From: Octopus vulgaris
Lineage: Eukaryota
Length of the DNA: 64,000 nt
Assembly (NCBI GenBank): GCA_951406725.2
Contig: OX597817.1
Location: forward strand, 139,562,001-139,626,000
Reading direction: 5' to 3'
Shown here: positions 48,401-61,004 of the stretch, one piece after another
How the letters are laid out: each line of letters opens with the position of its first letter
Numbering within the stretch: position 1 is the first letter of the stretch
Translations under genes and position numbers: made by a program
The notes under the pieces: model-generated
Told to the model about the DNA's origin: nothing
Databases searched by the model: none
Seen by the model: only the letters and a program-made list of their open reading frames with translations

Positions 48401-51400
48401 TAAGCATGGCTGTTTGTGTTCACAAACCGATATGAGCTTGGGTTCAGTCAGTACCAGGGGCAAGTGTCTTCAGACTCTAGCCATGAGGCAAACCTTGAGC
48501 GTGGATCGGGGAGACAGAAAGTGAAAGAATAGTGTCACTAGTGTGACACAGGGGTGATTAATGGTAAAAATAATTGGTACAAGGCCACAAATGTTAGAGA
48601 AGAGGATTGCAGTCAATTAGCACACCCCTGGTATATTACTGGTACTTTGGCAATCTAAAACGAGAGCAAAAACCTAAGTTAATCCAGAAGACATTTGAAT
48701 GGAGAATATAAAGGGAGACAACTAAATAATGCAAGGTGTGTTTGGTTGGCAGTGTACAGCTATCATGACAAGAAGGAAATTGCCAAGGGACGCCATCTGC
48801 GTGAAAAATAAAAATTAAGTTAGGGATGTCACAATGAAATAAGGAGAAACAGTTTAATTATGGAAAGGCAGTCATGATGATGATGATGAAATGTAACCAA
48901 TGAAATGGATGCCCCAGTTCTTGGTAGCTACTTATACGGCAAGATTTGAATTTAAAAAATGCAACTAAATACAGCAAGCCCTTTGCTGAATTCTGCAGTC
49001 CTTGTGTCTTAGCAAGCCCCCTACAGTTTCAGAAACTTGGACCATGACGACGACGACGACGATGATGAAGATAATAATAATAATAATCACCTCCCACGAC
49101 TCCTACTCCAACGCTACTTCTTCGGATACTCATTGGTGCAACAGATTTCCACAGTCCTGTCTTCACATCATAACATTCAGCACCATCAAGCCCTGCATCA
49201 ACAGAGAAAAAAAAAAAAAAACAATTGAAAACGAAACAGACTTTTTCAAGCAAAAAGTGAAAGCTGGCAAAATAAAGGATAACAGTGGATTACAGATTAT
49301 TATATTGTTTAACCCTTTCGTTACCAACCCAGCCGAAACCGGCTCTGGCTCTGTTGTACAAATGTCTTGTTTTCATAAGTTTTGAATTAAAATCTTCCAC
49401 CAAACCTTAGTCACAATTTATGTTCCTGACACTAGTTGAATGATAAATGAGTTATTTTACTAAATTCTTTGTTATATTTAAAGTAATTGAAAGAAACACA
49501 GAACATCTCAAAATAAATACAGCAACGAAAGGGTTAAAGTATTTTCTTACCTGACGAACCATCAAAGCCACCAACTGCATAGATGAGATCATTTAGTAAG
49601 GCAACTCCTAATGTACTTCGACGGGCTTTCATACTCTGACATGTGATCCAGACATCTTTGACAGGGTCGTACGCATCGACTGTCCGGACTCTTAGTGAAC
49701 CACTGAAGCCACCCACAACATAAACCAAACCATTAACAACAGCCACACCTGAAAGATGCAAATTTACTTTGACTTACAATCACAATTAAAAAGTAATTTT
49801 CTCGAACGACTTAACTCTTTAGCATTCACATTACTCCATCAAATGTAATGCTTTTTTATTCACATATCAAAGCTTCAAGATCTTGATGATGTTGTTTATT
49901 TTTAGAATGACAATATGGGTTAAGTGTGAGAAGTTAGATGTGGCCAGTTTAAACATTAATCAGGTGGAGTCTTTGGGCCAGATATAGTCAATTTAAATGC
50001 TAAAGAGTTCAATCTACAGAATGTGATGGAGCCATCTGAGTTCAAATTTGATGTAGATGGCCTATGCCAGGGGCGTAACCAGCCCAATTGTGCGTACCTT
50101 TTCCTTCCTTGGACACTAAATCTCTGCTTGCAAAGACCTGTTGAGGCAAGTGAAATCAATCTAAATCAAAATCAAATTCGATGACTGGCGACCGTGCTAG
50201 CAGGGTGCAAAGAGCACCACATGAGTGTGATCATTGACAGAGCGGCTAACTGGCTTCCGTGCCAGTGGCACTTAAAAGGCACCATTCGAGCGTGATCATT
50301 ACCAGCGTCACCTTACTGGCACTTGTGCCCATGCTAGTAGGGTGCCAAGAGCACCATCCGAGCGTGATCGTTGCCAGAGCAGCCAACTGGCTTCCGTGCC
50401 AGTGACACGTAAAAGGGCACCATTTGAGCGTGATCGTTACCAATGTTGCCTTACTGGTACCTGTGCTGGTGGCATGTGTAAAAAGATTCAAGTGAGGTCG
50501 TTGCCAGTACCGCCTGACTGGCCCCCGTGTCAGTGTCACTTAAAATCACCCACTACACTCTCGGAGTGGTTGGCATTAGGAAGGGCATCCAACTGTAGAA
50601 ACTCAGCCAGACCAGATTGGAGCCTGATGCAGACATCTGGTTCGCCAGCCCTCAGTCAAAATCGTCCAACCCATGCTAGCATAGAAAGCAGACGTTAAAC
50701 GATGATGATGATGATGATTGCAACGAGTACCATTTCAGTAGGATTGTGGAAATATCCTCCAACCAATTAACCTCGCTCTCTGTGGGCATCTTATTTTTCA
50801 TAAATGTTTCTCTGCTCTCAACAATCCTACATGTTTATTCCTGCAATTGTTCTTGGATGACATGTGCGAAGTAGCTAACACTGGATACCCCAACACCTGT
50901 ATTAAATTAATCAGGTGTAAAAGTAATTTTACACACAGACAATCCTTGCCTCAACAGGGTTAACTCAATCATGTTGTATTTGGTGTTGAGCTGCTGTACA
51001 GAGTGGAAAGCCATCGCTAAAACGTAAAGGTTGTTCGATAATTACGTGAATTCTAGTAGAAAAGCAAGCAATACTTGTAATGAAGGAGGAAATAAAAGGA
51101 TAAAAATACATTAAAACAAAATAATATAATAAAAAAGTTTTTTTTTTTTACCACAACGACACCGACGGATGGGCATCTCGGCCAACTGATACCAGCGTTC
51201 TTCTTTAAAATCATAACATTCCACACTTTTTATTGCTTTTGGTGCCTGTCCTCCAAGAACCAGTAACACCTGTAACGAACCAATTAAGCAGCATGCAGTG
51301 GAATCAGAGATGACAAAAATAAACAAACAAACAAACAAGCAATCACTCTAGGTTAAAAACTGAGTTTCAGAAGGGATTTTTATGAGAAAAGGAGAAAAAC

Positions 51401-54400
51401 AAAAAACGTAAAATTTAAACAATACAAAAATATTGGTCAGATTTTGATCATTTGTAGCGTTTGATGTTTTGAAGTCTGAGAGAAAAAAGACTGGTCACAA
51501 CTTACAGAGATATTCTACAATTAACACCAGCTTAATAACGACAAAGTTAATTCACTAAATTCTTCAATATTTTTGCAAATTAAGTGAGATGAAGGAAGTG
51601 CATTTCAACAGAAATATGGCAGTGAAACGGTTAAAGGAACAATCATCTAAAAGTTACAAATTTCATCTGTCTTTTTTTTTTTGTTTTTACATGGATTTAG
51701 TTTGCAGGAAGAAGAAGTTGAAATGATTTTAAATAAAGACCAGAAAACGATAAAATAGCTTCTTGGAAGAAGTCTTAAATGGTTATAGAATTCATCCAGG
51801 AATGTATCTAAGTCTGCTAGTAGCTATATCGCTACCAAAAACAATTAGCAAAAGCATAAGAAATACTAGAAATACTCATTTGAGAGTAACGAGCATAGTA
51901 TTTTTCTGTTGTGATTAGACAATATAACTAAAACAACAAAACTGATAGTGAGACTACATTGCTAGACGAAGACTCACTGGACTTCACAAAGAAATCCTTC
52001 AGGTTTTTTCCTTGCCCATGTCTACAACACCAGTCAATCTATGCTAACATCACTTCACCATCAACCACAATTATTAACTATTAGAAAGGTTGAGAGCTTT
52101 AAAACTTGATAGAGCTGTGGCTCATCACTCTGGAATCAAATATCCAGCATTCTAGCCACAACAGTTTGCTACAATCTAGGGAAGAACTGGTTTCTGCTTA
52201 GATTCAAATCTGTGCTTTCAGATTAAACCTGTCTCTAGTGGTAAGCTTTGTTTCTTTGCTTCCCAGTGGTGTGCTTTCAAGTCCCTTGGGGGGAGGTATC
52301 TCCTACAACAGCCCTGGATCAACCAACGACTTGTGAGTGGAACTGGTAGATGGAAACTGAAGGAAGCTTGTTGTGTGTGTGTGTGTGAGCCCTTGCCGTG
52401 ACATCATGTGACAAACATAAATGATGTCATCACACAAGAAGGAGTCCTGTGTTTCTAGTCTTTTGTGAAAAATAGGTCCAGTCATGGTGACAGTATTGTC
52501 TTGCTTGGAAACAGGTGAAGGTTGGTGACAGGGAGAGCGTTTGGCTGCAGAAAATCTGCTGCAACAAATTCTGCCTGACTTATGCAAGAATGGCTAAGTG
52601 GATCTTCAACAGCGGCAACAATGATGATGTCACCACTGCCACCAAACATTCAGATATATTATTATGCAACAAAAAGGTAAAATTCAAGTGGTACCTTTGG
52701 CAATCCAATTGGAGTTCTTGGTAAAGTCCTTGGTGTTTTAAAAAGTGCTTTCTGTTCCGCTTTGAGGAGGTGGTACTTCATGGCTTCAATTAAAAGATCT
52801 TTACATTGTGTGTTGGATTTAATCATAGGTTCGCATTCAACTCGCTGGACGAGAAACTCTTGAGACATCAATGGTAAACGGACATGTTCCATCAGTTCAG
52901 CGATGCTAAGTTGTCGATTCTCTGTATCATGTTCAATCCAAGACAGGACAGCCTCAAACACCTGTGGACGAACAACAAAATATTTCCAGAATTCTTTCTC
53001 CTTATCAAAGAAATTCAAACAATTAACTTCGTAGTTCAAAATCATCACAAATATTTCACTTAATTATTTCATGGCTGCGTAATAAGAAGCTTGCTTCCCG
53101 ACCACGTGGTTCAGGGTTCAGTCCCACTGTGTGTCTTATACTATAGCCCTTGGCTGAATTAATGTCTTCTCAGTTATTTCAGTAGATTGATAATGCAAGT
53201 GTATGTGTGTTTGCCACCCCCCTCCCCACCACCACCACCACTAACACTCTCTGACAATCGATGTTGGCGTGTTTATGTTCCGATAACTCAGCAGTTCGGC
53301 AAAAGAGACCAACGGAATAAGTACCGGGCTTAAAAAAGGAAGTGGCGCCACATAAAAAGCACCCTGTCCACTCTTGTGAAGTGGTTGGCATTAAGAATGG
53401 CATCCAGCTGTTGAAGGCAAGTCCAATCAGACAGCAACTTGGTACAGCTCTCCATCTTGCCAAATCCGGTCAAACTGTCCAACCCATGCCAGCATGGAAA
53501 ATGGATATTAAATAATGATGCTGATGACTGTGGATGATTATTTGTTTGACTAGACATTTTCAGGCAGTGCCCCAGCATGGCTGCAGTCCAATGATGAAAA
53601 AAGAAAAAGATAAAAGATTCTTATTCACTAAAAACCATTCTCCACTTTGTTATTCACTAAAAGATAAAAGAAACGGAGGAATTTGGTTGAAGACCAATGA
53701 CAGTAAGTGTTACTCACCTGTTCCTCTGATGGAACTGTAAGTCTATCACTAGCAATAAGCTTAGACACTTGACAAGCTGTTAGTGATAGAAATTCATCAT
53801 AGTAAACAACTTCGCTGTAAGAGGAGGAATTGTTTTTGTTAATATTGCACAGATCACAGTATGTCATCATCAACAAAAAGAGAACTTAATCATAGTTCAC
53901 ACTACTACAATAATGCATTGGAAAAGAGTGGGTTTCAAAAGGGATAAAAATAGTATTTCATAGAATAAAACTTTATAACATAAAACTACAGAAAGATAAG
54001 ATGATTTGGTTTAATCCACTTTATGGCATGAATGAAGTGTCTAATCGAATTGGAAGTCCATCAGGCTGTAAAACCAGACCTTGAGGGATTCCCTCTCCAA
54101 TCGGAGAAAAATATGGATGTTAAAACAAATCATCATCATTTAACGTTTGCTTTCTATGCTGGCATGGGTTGGAAGATTTAAGGACTGGTGAACCAGATGG
54201 CTGCACCAGGCTCCTATCTGATCTAGCAAAGTTTCTACAGCTGGATGCCCTTCATAATGCCAACCACTCCGAGAGTGTAGTGGGTGATTTTATGTGACAC
54301 CAGCATGAGGTCCAATCAACAGGTCTTCGCAAGCAGAGTTTAGTGTCCAATGAAAGAAAGGTACGTATAAGTGGACTGGTTATACCCCTGGCATAGGTCA

Positions 54401-57400
54401 TGAGATTGTGGTCTCACTTGGCTTGCTAGGTCTTCTCAAGCACAGCATATTTCCAAAGGTCTCGGTCACTAGTCATTGCCTCGGTGAGGCCTAATGTTCA
54501 AAGGTCATGCTCCACCACCTCATCCCAGGGCTTCCCGGGCCTACCTCTTCCACAGGTTCCCTCAACTGCTAGGGTGTGGCACTTTTTCACACAGCTATCC
54601 TCATCCATTCTTGCCACATGACCATACCAGCACAGTCGTTCCTTTGTCACCAGCAGAGGTAAGAGCTCTCTGGACTTTGCCCAGGCTATTCTTATTCTAG
54701 CAGCTACACGTTCAGCGCACCCTCCCCCGCTACTGACTTGGTCACCTAGGTAACAGAAGCTATCAACTACTTCTAGTTTTTCTCACTGGAATGTGGCAGA
54801 AGTTGTCCTTTGCACATTTTCCTGAGCATCTGCCACATACAAAAACTATCCTCCCAGTTAGCCTTCCTTTGATATTGCTGCACCTGTTATGTGTCCATAG
54901 CTTATACTGGGTACATCTTATAGAGTTTCTACCTACACCTTTTCTACAGATCAAGCAGGGCCATCTACCTGAAGGGATTTGTGGTTTGTTTTAGCTAGGT
55001 TGACTCTAAGGCCCTTCAATTCTAATCCTTGTTTTCACATCTGGAACTTCTCCTCTAGTTCTGATAGTGACTCAGCAATTAGAGCAAGGTCATCAGCATA
55101 GAGGAGCTCCCAGGGACATCCTGTCTTGAATTCCTCTGTTATTTCCTGGGGGACTATGATAAATAGGAGGGGTCTGAGGACTGAACCTTGGAGGACCCCT
55201 ACCTCTATCTGGAATTCTTCGCTGTACTGGTTGCCATCCCTCACCTTACTGACAGCATCCCTGTACATGACTTGCACAGCTCTCACTAACCATTCATCTA
55301 TCCCTAGTTTCCTCATTGACCACCAGATAAGGGATCGGGGGACTCTGTCAAAGGCTTTCTCCATGTCAACGAAAGCCAGGTACAGAGGTCTGTCTTTGAC
55401 CAGGCATTTCTCCTGCAGCTGTCTTACCAGAAATATAGCATCAGTGGTGCTTTTTCTTGGCACGAACCCAAACTGCATCCCATCAAAACTGACTCTCTCC
55501 TTAATTAGTTGGGCTATGGCCCTCTCCATGACCTTCATTACCTGATCCAACAACTTGATACCTCTGTAATTATTTGTATCTAAGGCGTCACCTTTACCTT
55601 TGTAGCAGTTGACTATAGTACTGCTACACCAGTCATTGGGTATGACTCCTTCATGTATCACCTGGTTAACTATATGAATGACTAGGCTATAGCCAACACC
55701 GCCAGATATTTTAAGCATCTCTGCAGTGATTCCTAATGGGCCGGGGGCTTTCTCTGTCTTCATACTCTTAATTGCTTTATCTACAAAGGTACTATCAATT
55801 CAGGTAGCTGGTCCCTCTGTGGGGTTGACATATGGCAGACTCTCTTTCTCCCATTCATTTTCTTTATTCAGTAACCTTGCATAGTGGCGTCACCAAACCT
55901 CTCTCTTTGCATCCTCGTTTAGTGCAAGTGAACCATCATCCATGCGGGCACATTTCTCTCCTACGACATCACGATTCTCTCTCACACACTGTCTTGCAAC
56001 ACGAAATACCTCAAGTCTTTGGTCCTCATGGCACAGAAGATTGGCAAATTTTTTCTTATCTGCTTCCCTTCTGGCTAAATAAACCTGTCTTCTAGCTTCC
56101 CTTCTGGTAGTCTGATACAATTCCCTGCTACCACTGTGCTTCCAGTCCTTCCAAGCCTGTTTCTTTTCTCTAATAGCCCTGTCAACAACATTGTTCTACC
56201 ACCATGTTATTTTGGGTCGAGAGGAGACTTTGCACCATCCACAGATCCGGTCAGTGGCCCTCAGCAGGTTGTCCCGTAGGAACCTCCAGTTGTCTTCCAC
56301 ATCGTGTGAAGCTATATTCCCTTCTATTTTGTCAAAGGCTTTGAGTAATACGTCTCTAAATCTCTGTCCATTCACAGGATCTTTAAGCTTCCAGATCCTT
56401 CTCCTCCATGCTGGATGTCTTCTGGGCATCCATTTAGCCCAGTCTATGTTGTGGGGTACATTCTTCGACTGGGAAGGTTTTGGCATTTATAAGCAGCCAT
56501 CTTTCTCTTTTTCTGGCGAGGATGTAGTCAGTTTGGCTAGTGTATCTGCCAGAATGGTAGGTGACAGGCAGGTTTCCTGAAGTTAGTATTGCAAACCATA
56601 AGATCATTTGCATTGCAGAACTCAAGCAGCCTGGTTCCCTCCTCATTGCAGGAATCAAAACCGTACCCTCCATGTACACCATGGAAGCTCCCTGTATGTT
56701 GTCCAACATGTCCATTGAAGTCACCAGCCACAAAGAGAAGGTCCCTGTCATTCGTCAACGAGGTAGTCTGCAAAAGGGTGTCATAAAATCAGTCTTTTAG
56801 TCCATCGAGTAGCCCCGGTTGAGGGGCAAAGGCCGAGATAATGGTTGCTAACCCATGATGAAGCACTAATCTAATCTTAGGTATTCTGTTGCATATTCTG
56901 ACTACCTCGATTACCTTATCCACCCATTTCTCCATAATAAGTATACCCACGTCCCCAACCCCGTCAGTGTTCCCCGCCCAGAAAATCTTGTATCTGTGTT
57001 CTTTGCCTGTGAGGAACCTAGCGGAAACTCCTCGGCACCTTACTTCTTGGGGTTCAAGCATCTCAACAATCTCACCAGACCTACCTTTCAATGTGCCGAC
57101 ATTGAGAGTGCCAACCCTGAGGGTGTGGGAGGTGTGAGCCCATGAGACACTGGGACGGGGGACAGCAGTGTCATGTACCTGAAAAGAGCGTTCGCATTTG
57201 GCAGAATTCATAAACAAACATTAGCCTTCAATTCAACCTGCATACACTGCACTATAATATCACTGCCTTCTTACATAGGAGATAAATCCTAAGAAGGGGT
57301 GGGGATGGCATAAAGCCTTTAGAAGTGTTCATGGGAGACAACCAAAGGATGACAGAGGATAGGAACTTCTGGTACAGTTGGAGGGGGTGGAAGGGCAAAA

Positions 57401-60400
57401 ATATCATCATTATCATTGTTTTAATATCTACTTTTCTATGCTTGCATGGGTCTGATGAAATTTGTGGAGGTAAATTTTCTACAGCCTGATGTCCTTCCTG
57501 AAGATATCCTCCTCTGTTTCCAAGCAAGGTAATAATACCCTGTTCTAGCAAACTACCTGGGTATACTTAGAAACCTCATTTTGATTTATATTTACATTCG
57601 ATCCGGAGGCTATCTTAAATATCAGTAGCTGTGAGCACATGCCACTGACAAGGCCCAACAAGGCTAAAATGCATGTGTTCTCGTGAGCCACAGCTGAGAT
57701 GATCTTTTTTGGTCCCTTTCAGATATGTTTCTTACTTTTAAAACAACACATATCTGCTGAGATTTTATCTCCGATGAAAACTGCAGCATCAGGCCTGTCA
57801 ACTGTGTATATTTGTTAAGTATGATAGTATAATACATAGATGATAAACAAGTTATATATATATATAACTAACCCATGCCAGCATGAACAACAGATGTTAG
57901 CGCCGCCTTGGCTGGCTTCTGTGCCGGTGGCACGTTAAAAGCACCAACCGATCGTCGCCGATGCCGGACTCCCCTGGCACCTGTGCAGATGGCACGTAAA
58001 AAGCACCCACTACACTCGCGGAGTGGTTGGCGTTAGGAAGGGCATCCAGCTGTAGAAACTCTGCCAGATTAGACTGGAGCCTGGTGCAGCCCCTGGCTTC
58101 CCAGACCCCAGTCGAACCGTCCAACCCATGCTAGCGCGGAAAACGGACGTTAAACGATGATGATGATGATGATATATACACACACATATGGCAAACACAA
58201 CTTTGTGTTACTGAAATACAATTAGAATCCCTCATTAAACTATGATGTTTTCACCAGCATGAAATGAGGATGAAATTGAAAAAAAATCATAATTTTCAAT
58301 AACAATGTGATGGTGTAAATAATAATAATAATATATGTGCTATTGAAGAAGGAAAGCTACCAACCTGAAATGTTGTTCTATGTAGGTCTGTGTATAGTTG
58401 AGAAGTTCTGTACAGTCATGGAGATCAGCAAAATCTTTGATGCCAAGACAATTGGAAGGATGGAGTTGACTTTGCAAAAATTCACAGCAAGCTTCTTGGA
58501 CTTCAGTTAATTGGAGTAAATTAGAGGCTGGCAACAAAGTCTGTGAAATAATTAGAACAGGTTGTCGTTACATAAGATCTAATTAAGGTTTATAACGATA
58601 CGATATTGAATTTCATCTTATTTCAACAAGGAAAGGTGTCGTGATAGAATGGCTGTGAAGAGCAAGTGTCTACTGTAACACTTGTCATCAGAACAGACAG
58701 AATGTCAGTTTTTGACGCTTAGGAATCATTACCAGAAAGGAAGTTAGTTACCAAGAGAACACAGAAACAGGTTCTGATTTCCAAAGTGAATTTTCTGCAC
58801 TAGAGAACACATAAAAGGAAATATGGAGGTGAATATAATTGTATGTCACCGTTCTATATCTGTTTTGTCTGTACTGGCATGGGTGGGTCATGTTTAGGGA
58901 TATTTCTTTTGTAGCAGCAGGAGTTTCCTTCTTTCATGGGTTCAACAATCATAAGGTCATGAGTTTGATTCCTGGTGGAGTGTTGTGACCTTGAGCAAGA
59001 CACTTTATTTCATGTTGCTCCAGTCCACTCACTTGGCAAAAATTGAGTTGTACCCCGTAATTCACATTCTGTGTCATGCTGAATCTCCTTGAGAACAACT
59101 CTGTTAGGGGTACAGATATGTCTATGGAGTGCTCAATCACTTGTGAGTTAATTTCATGAGCAAGCAGTCCCATTGATTAGATCAGCTGGAACCTTTGTTG
59201 CTGTAACGGATGTGATGCTAGTTTTTGCAAAAATAAAAGAACAGAAAGAAATTAGATTGCACTTCACTTTCTTATGTAAAAATCATTGTCCATTTGTATA
59301 GGTTCACAGCCATCTTTCTTGCACACTACATCTGATTTAATTTGCTAAAGATAATTGCCAATCATCATTTTTTAATGTCCACTTTCCATACTAGCATGGG
59401 TTGGACGATTTGACTGAGAACTGGCGAACCAGATGGCTGCACCAGGCTCCAATATGATCTGGCAGTTTCTACAGCTGGATGCTCTTCCTAACACCAACCA
59501 CTCAGAATGTGTAGTGGGTGCTTTTACGTGCTACCGGCACGAGAGCCAGTCAGGCAGTACTGGCAACGGCCATGCTCAAATGGTGTTTTTTACGTGCCAC
59601 CTGCACAGGAGCCAGTCCAGTGACACTGGCAACAACCTCGCTCAAATGTTTTTCACGTGCCACTGGCACAAGTGTCAGTAAGGCGATGCTGGTAATGATC
59701 ACGTTTGAATAGTGCTTTTTATGTGTCACTAGCACGGAAGCTAGTTTGTTGCTCTGGCAGCGATCCCGCTCGGATGGTGCTCTTAGTGCTCCACTGGCAC
59801 AGGTGCCAGTCATCGAATTTGCGAATTTGATTTGATTTCAATTTCACTTGCCTCAACAGGTCTTCACAAGCAGAATTTAGTGTCAAATGTAGTAAAGGTA
59901 CACATAAATGGGCTGGTTATACCCTTGGCATAGGTCTTGGGTTATAGTCTCATTTGGCTTGCCGGGTTTTCTCACGCACTGCATATTTCCAAAGGTCTGT
60001 CATTTTGTGTGTGAAAGACATATTTGGATATTGTAGTGCAATCCATACACATATCTGGAGCAAAAAGGCCAGATGATCATGTCTGTGCTGCCTTTAAGCA
60101 TGGAGCTGCTCAGATAGAGTTGTCTAGAGGTTAAATAACAACTAAGAACTTTACTATCATTAGTTTAGAAATAAAGATTCCTACTTCAAATCTAGCCATG
60201 TACTACATGCACATCCAGGAGAAATATAACTGATGATGATTGGAGGTAAGACAGAAATGTAGCCATTATCATCATAGTTTCAATGTTCACTGTGCCATGC
60301 TTCCCTGGGTCAGACAGAATTCAATGAAGCAGATTTTCTTCTATGGCCAGATGCCTTTCCTGGTGCCAACCCTCACTTGATTCCAAGCAATGTTTCCCCA

Positions 60401-61004
60401 TGGCTGCTGGACATGTTCTTCACAGAAAACTGGAAATGAATGATACTGCCTGTTAGACAAGGGGACAGAAACACACACACAATGGACTTCTTTCAACCAA
60501 ATCCATTGACAAGACTTCAGCTGGCCCAGGGCTGTTGTAGTAGACACTTGTTCAAGGTGTCATGCAGTGGGACTGAAACTAAAGCCATGTGATTGGGAAG
60601 CAAGCTTCTTAACCCCACAGCCACGCCTGTTGATGTAAATCTCAAAATGCTTTGCGGTTAATAAACTAAGACATTCTTATCTTATTAACAATCTTAGACT
60701 GTTCCTTTCCTAGGAATCTTAAACCATTCCTCTTCTGTATGAATGGATAATTAAATTCCATTCACCTGTACTCACCTGTACATTGTCTTCAGTTACGTGT
60801 ATTTCAGATGTATACACAAAGTCAATCAACATACTTAAGGCAGCAGGATCTATTTGGTGCAAGGTCACTTTCTCGGCTTTCGATTCAGCCATTTCAGCAT
60901 TAAACATGGCATAAAAGTACGGACTACAAGAGGCAAGCACAGCACGATGAGCCAATATTTCAGTATCTCCAGCAAGCAAGGTCACGTCACACAACTTCCC
61001 CATT
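42323..61004 (-). CDS. KLHL2/3: Kelch-like BTB-BACK-Kelch protein (KLHL2/KLHL3/kelch group, CUL3 adaptor); 10 coding exons in window, 5' end missing
   Basis: Hand-spliced exons 61004-60776, 58540-58365, 53814-53718, 52961-52695, 51269-51152, 49748-49551, 49192-49091, 46968-46840, 44250-44110, 42498-42323. All GT-AG with consistent phases and one open frame. Motifs [34 protein letters not shown] and RRNAG match KLHL2/3 as I recall them. Confidence 0.95.
44110..44250 (-). CDS. KLHL2/3: Kelch exon: Kelch repeat 5
   Basis: ttttag|GT GTA ... GCT G|gtatg; [46 protein letters not shown]. Confidence 0.95.
44545..46595 (-). mobile_element. 5'-truncated RTE LINE (RT domain) in a kelch intron, sense orientation
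   Basis: [46 protein letters not shown]; internal 3' deletion; (GAT)n tail. Confidence 0.95.
46635..46816. repeat. Fold-back inverted repeat (about 75-bp arms)
   Basis: 46635-46667 vs 46784-46816 complementary at 32/33; inner about 42 bp imperfect. Confidence 0.9.
46840..46968 (-). CDS. KLHL2/3: Kelch exon: Kelch repeat 4 (not in the supplied ORF track)
   Basis: Manual translation: ggcag|GT TTC ... GCT G|gtaag; [42 protein letters not shown]. Confidence 0.95.
47287..47639 (+). mobile_element. SINE family B in a kelch intron
   Basis: Intact tRNA-like head ggaggcgcaatggcccagtggttagggc; TSD acatctgcaac (47276-47286, 47640-47650). Confidence 0.9.
49091..49192 (-). CDS. KLHL2/3: Kelch exon: Kelch repeat 3
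   Basis: gatgcag|GG CTT ... GGA G|gtgat; [33 protein letters not shown]. Confidence 0.93.
49313..49533. mobile_element. piggyBac-like MITE (221 bp)
   Basis: TTAA flanks, CCCTTTCGTT/AACGAAAGGG TIR; same family as 7594-7814. Confidence 0.9.
49551..49748 (-). CDS. KLHL2/3: Kelch exon: Kelch repeats 2-3
   Basis: tttcag|GT GTG ... TCA G|gtaag; [21 protein letters not shown]...RRSTLG...[10 protein letters not shown]. Confidence 0.95.
49815..50007. mobile_element. Second TTAA-type MITE family
   Basis: ttaa|ctctttagcatt ... aatgctaaagag|ttca. Confidence 0.7.
50058..50717 (+). mobile_element. RTE 3' UTR with a long module array
   Basis: About 6 diverged modules of about 65 bp, then the tail. Confidence 0.88.
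51152..51269 (-). CDS. KLHL2/3: Kelch exon: Kelch repeat 1
   Basis: ttacag|GTG TTA ... TGT G|gtaaa; [39 protein letters not shown]. Confidence 0.95.
52695..52961 (-). CDS. KLHL2/3: Kelch exon: BACK domain and linker
   Basis: ccacag|GTG TTT ... CCA AAG|gtacc; [12 protein letters not shown]...VRLPLMS...[14 protein letters not shown]...PRTPIGLPK. Confidence 0.95.
53718..53814 (-). CDS. KLHL2/3: Kelch exon: BACK domain
   Basis: ttacag|C GAA ... GAA CAG|gtgagt; [32 protein letters not shown]. Confidence 0.95.
54130..57210 (-). mobile_element. Near-full-length RTE LINE (APE endonuclease and RT), frameshifted, in a kelch intron, sense orientation
   Basis: [62 protein letters not shown]; deletions near 54640 and 54320. 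Confidence 0.95.
57900..58171 (+). mobile_element. Young RTE tail copy
   Basis: CpG-intact tail family ending (GAT)n. Confidence 0.88.
58365..58540 (-). CDS. KLHL2/3: Kelch exon: BTB end and BACK start
   Basis: ttcacag|ACT TTG ... TTC AG|gttgg; [43 protein letters not shown]. Confidence 0.95.
59362..59998 (-). mobile_element. RTE 3' UTR/tail copy with about 5 modules
   Basis: Reverse complement of 25080-25730. Confidence 0.88.
60776..61004 (-). CDS. KLHL2/3: Kelch exon: BTB domain, N-terminal part
   Basis: tttcag|A ATG GGG ... GTA CAG|gtgag; [34 protein letters not shown]...[17 protein letters not shown]. Confidence 0.95.

Noticed and set aside
50180-50550. CRISPR-like repeat/spacer appearance of gtgcc..ggcac..aaaagcacc modules
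   Set aside because: The apparent spacers are homologous to each other, the array lies inside LINE 3' UTRs, there are no cas genes, and the context is eukaryotic
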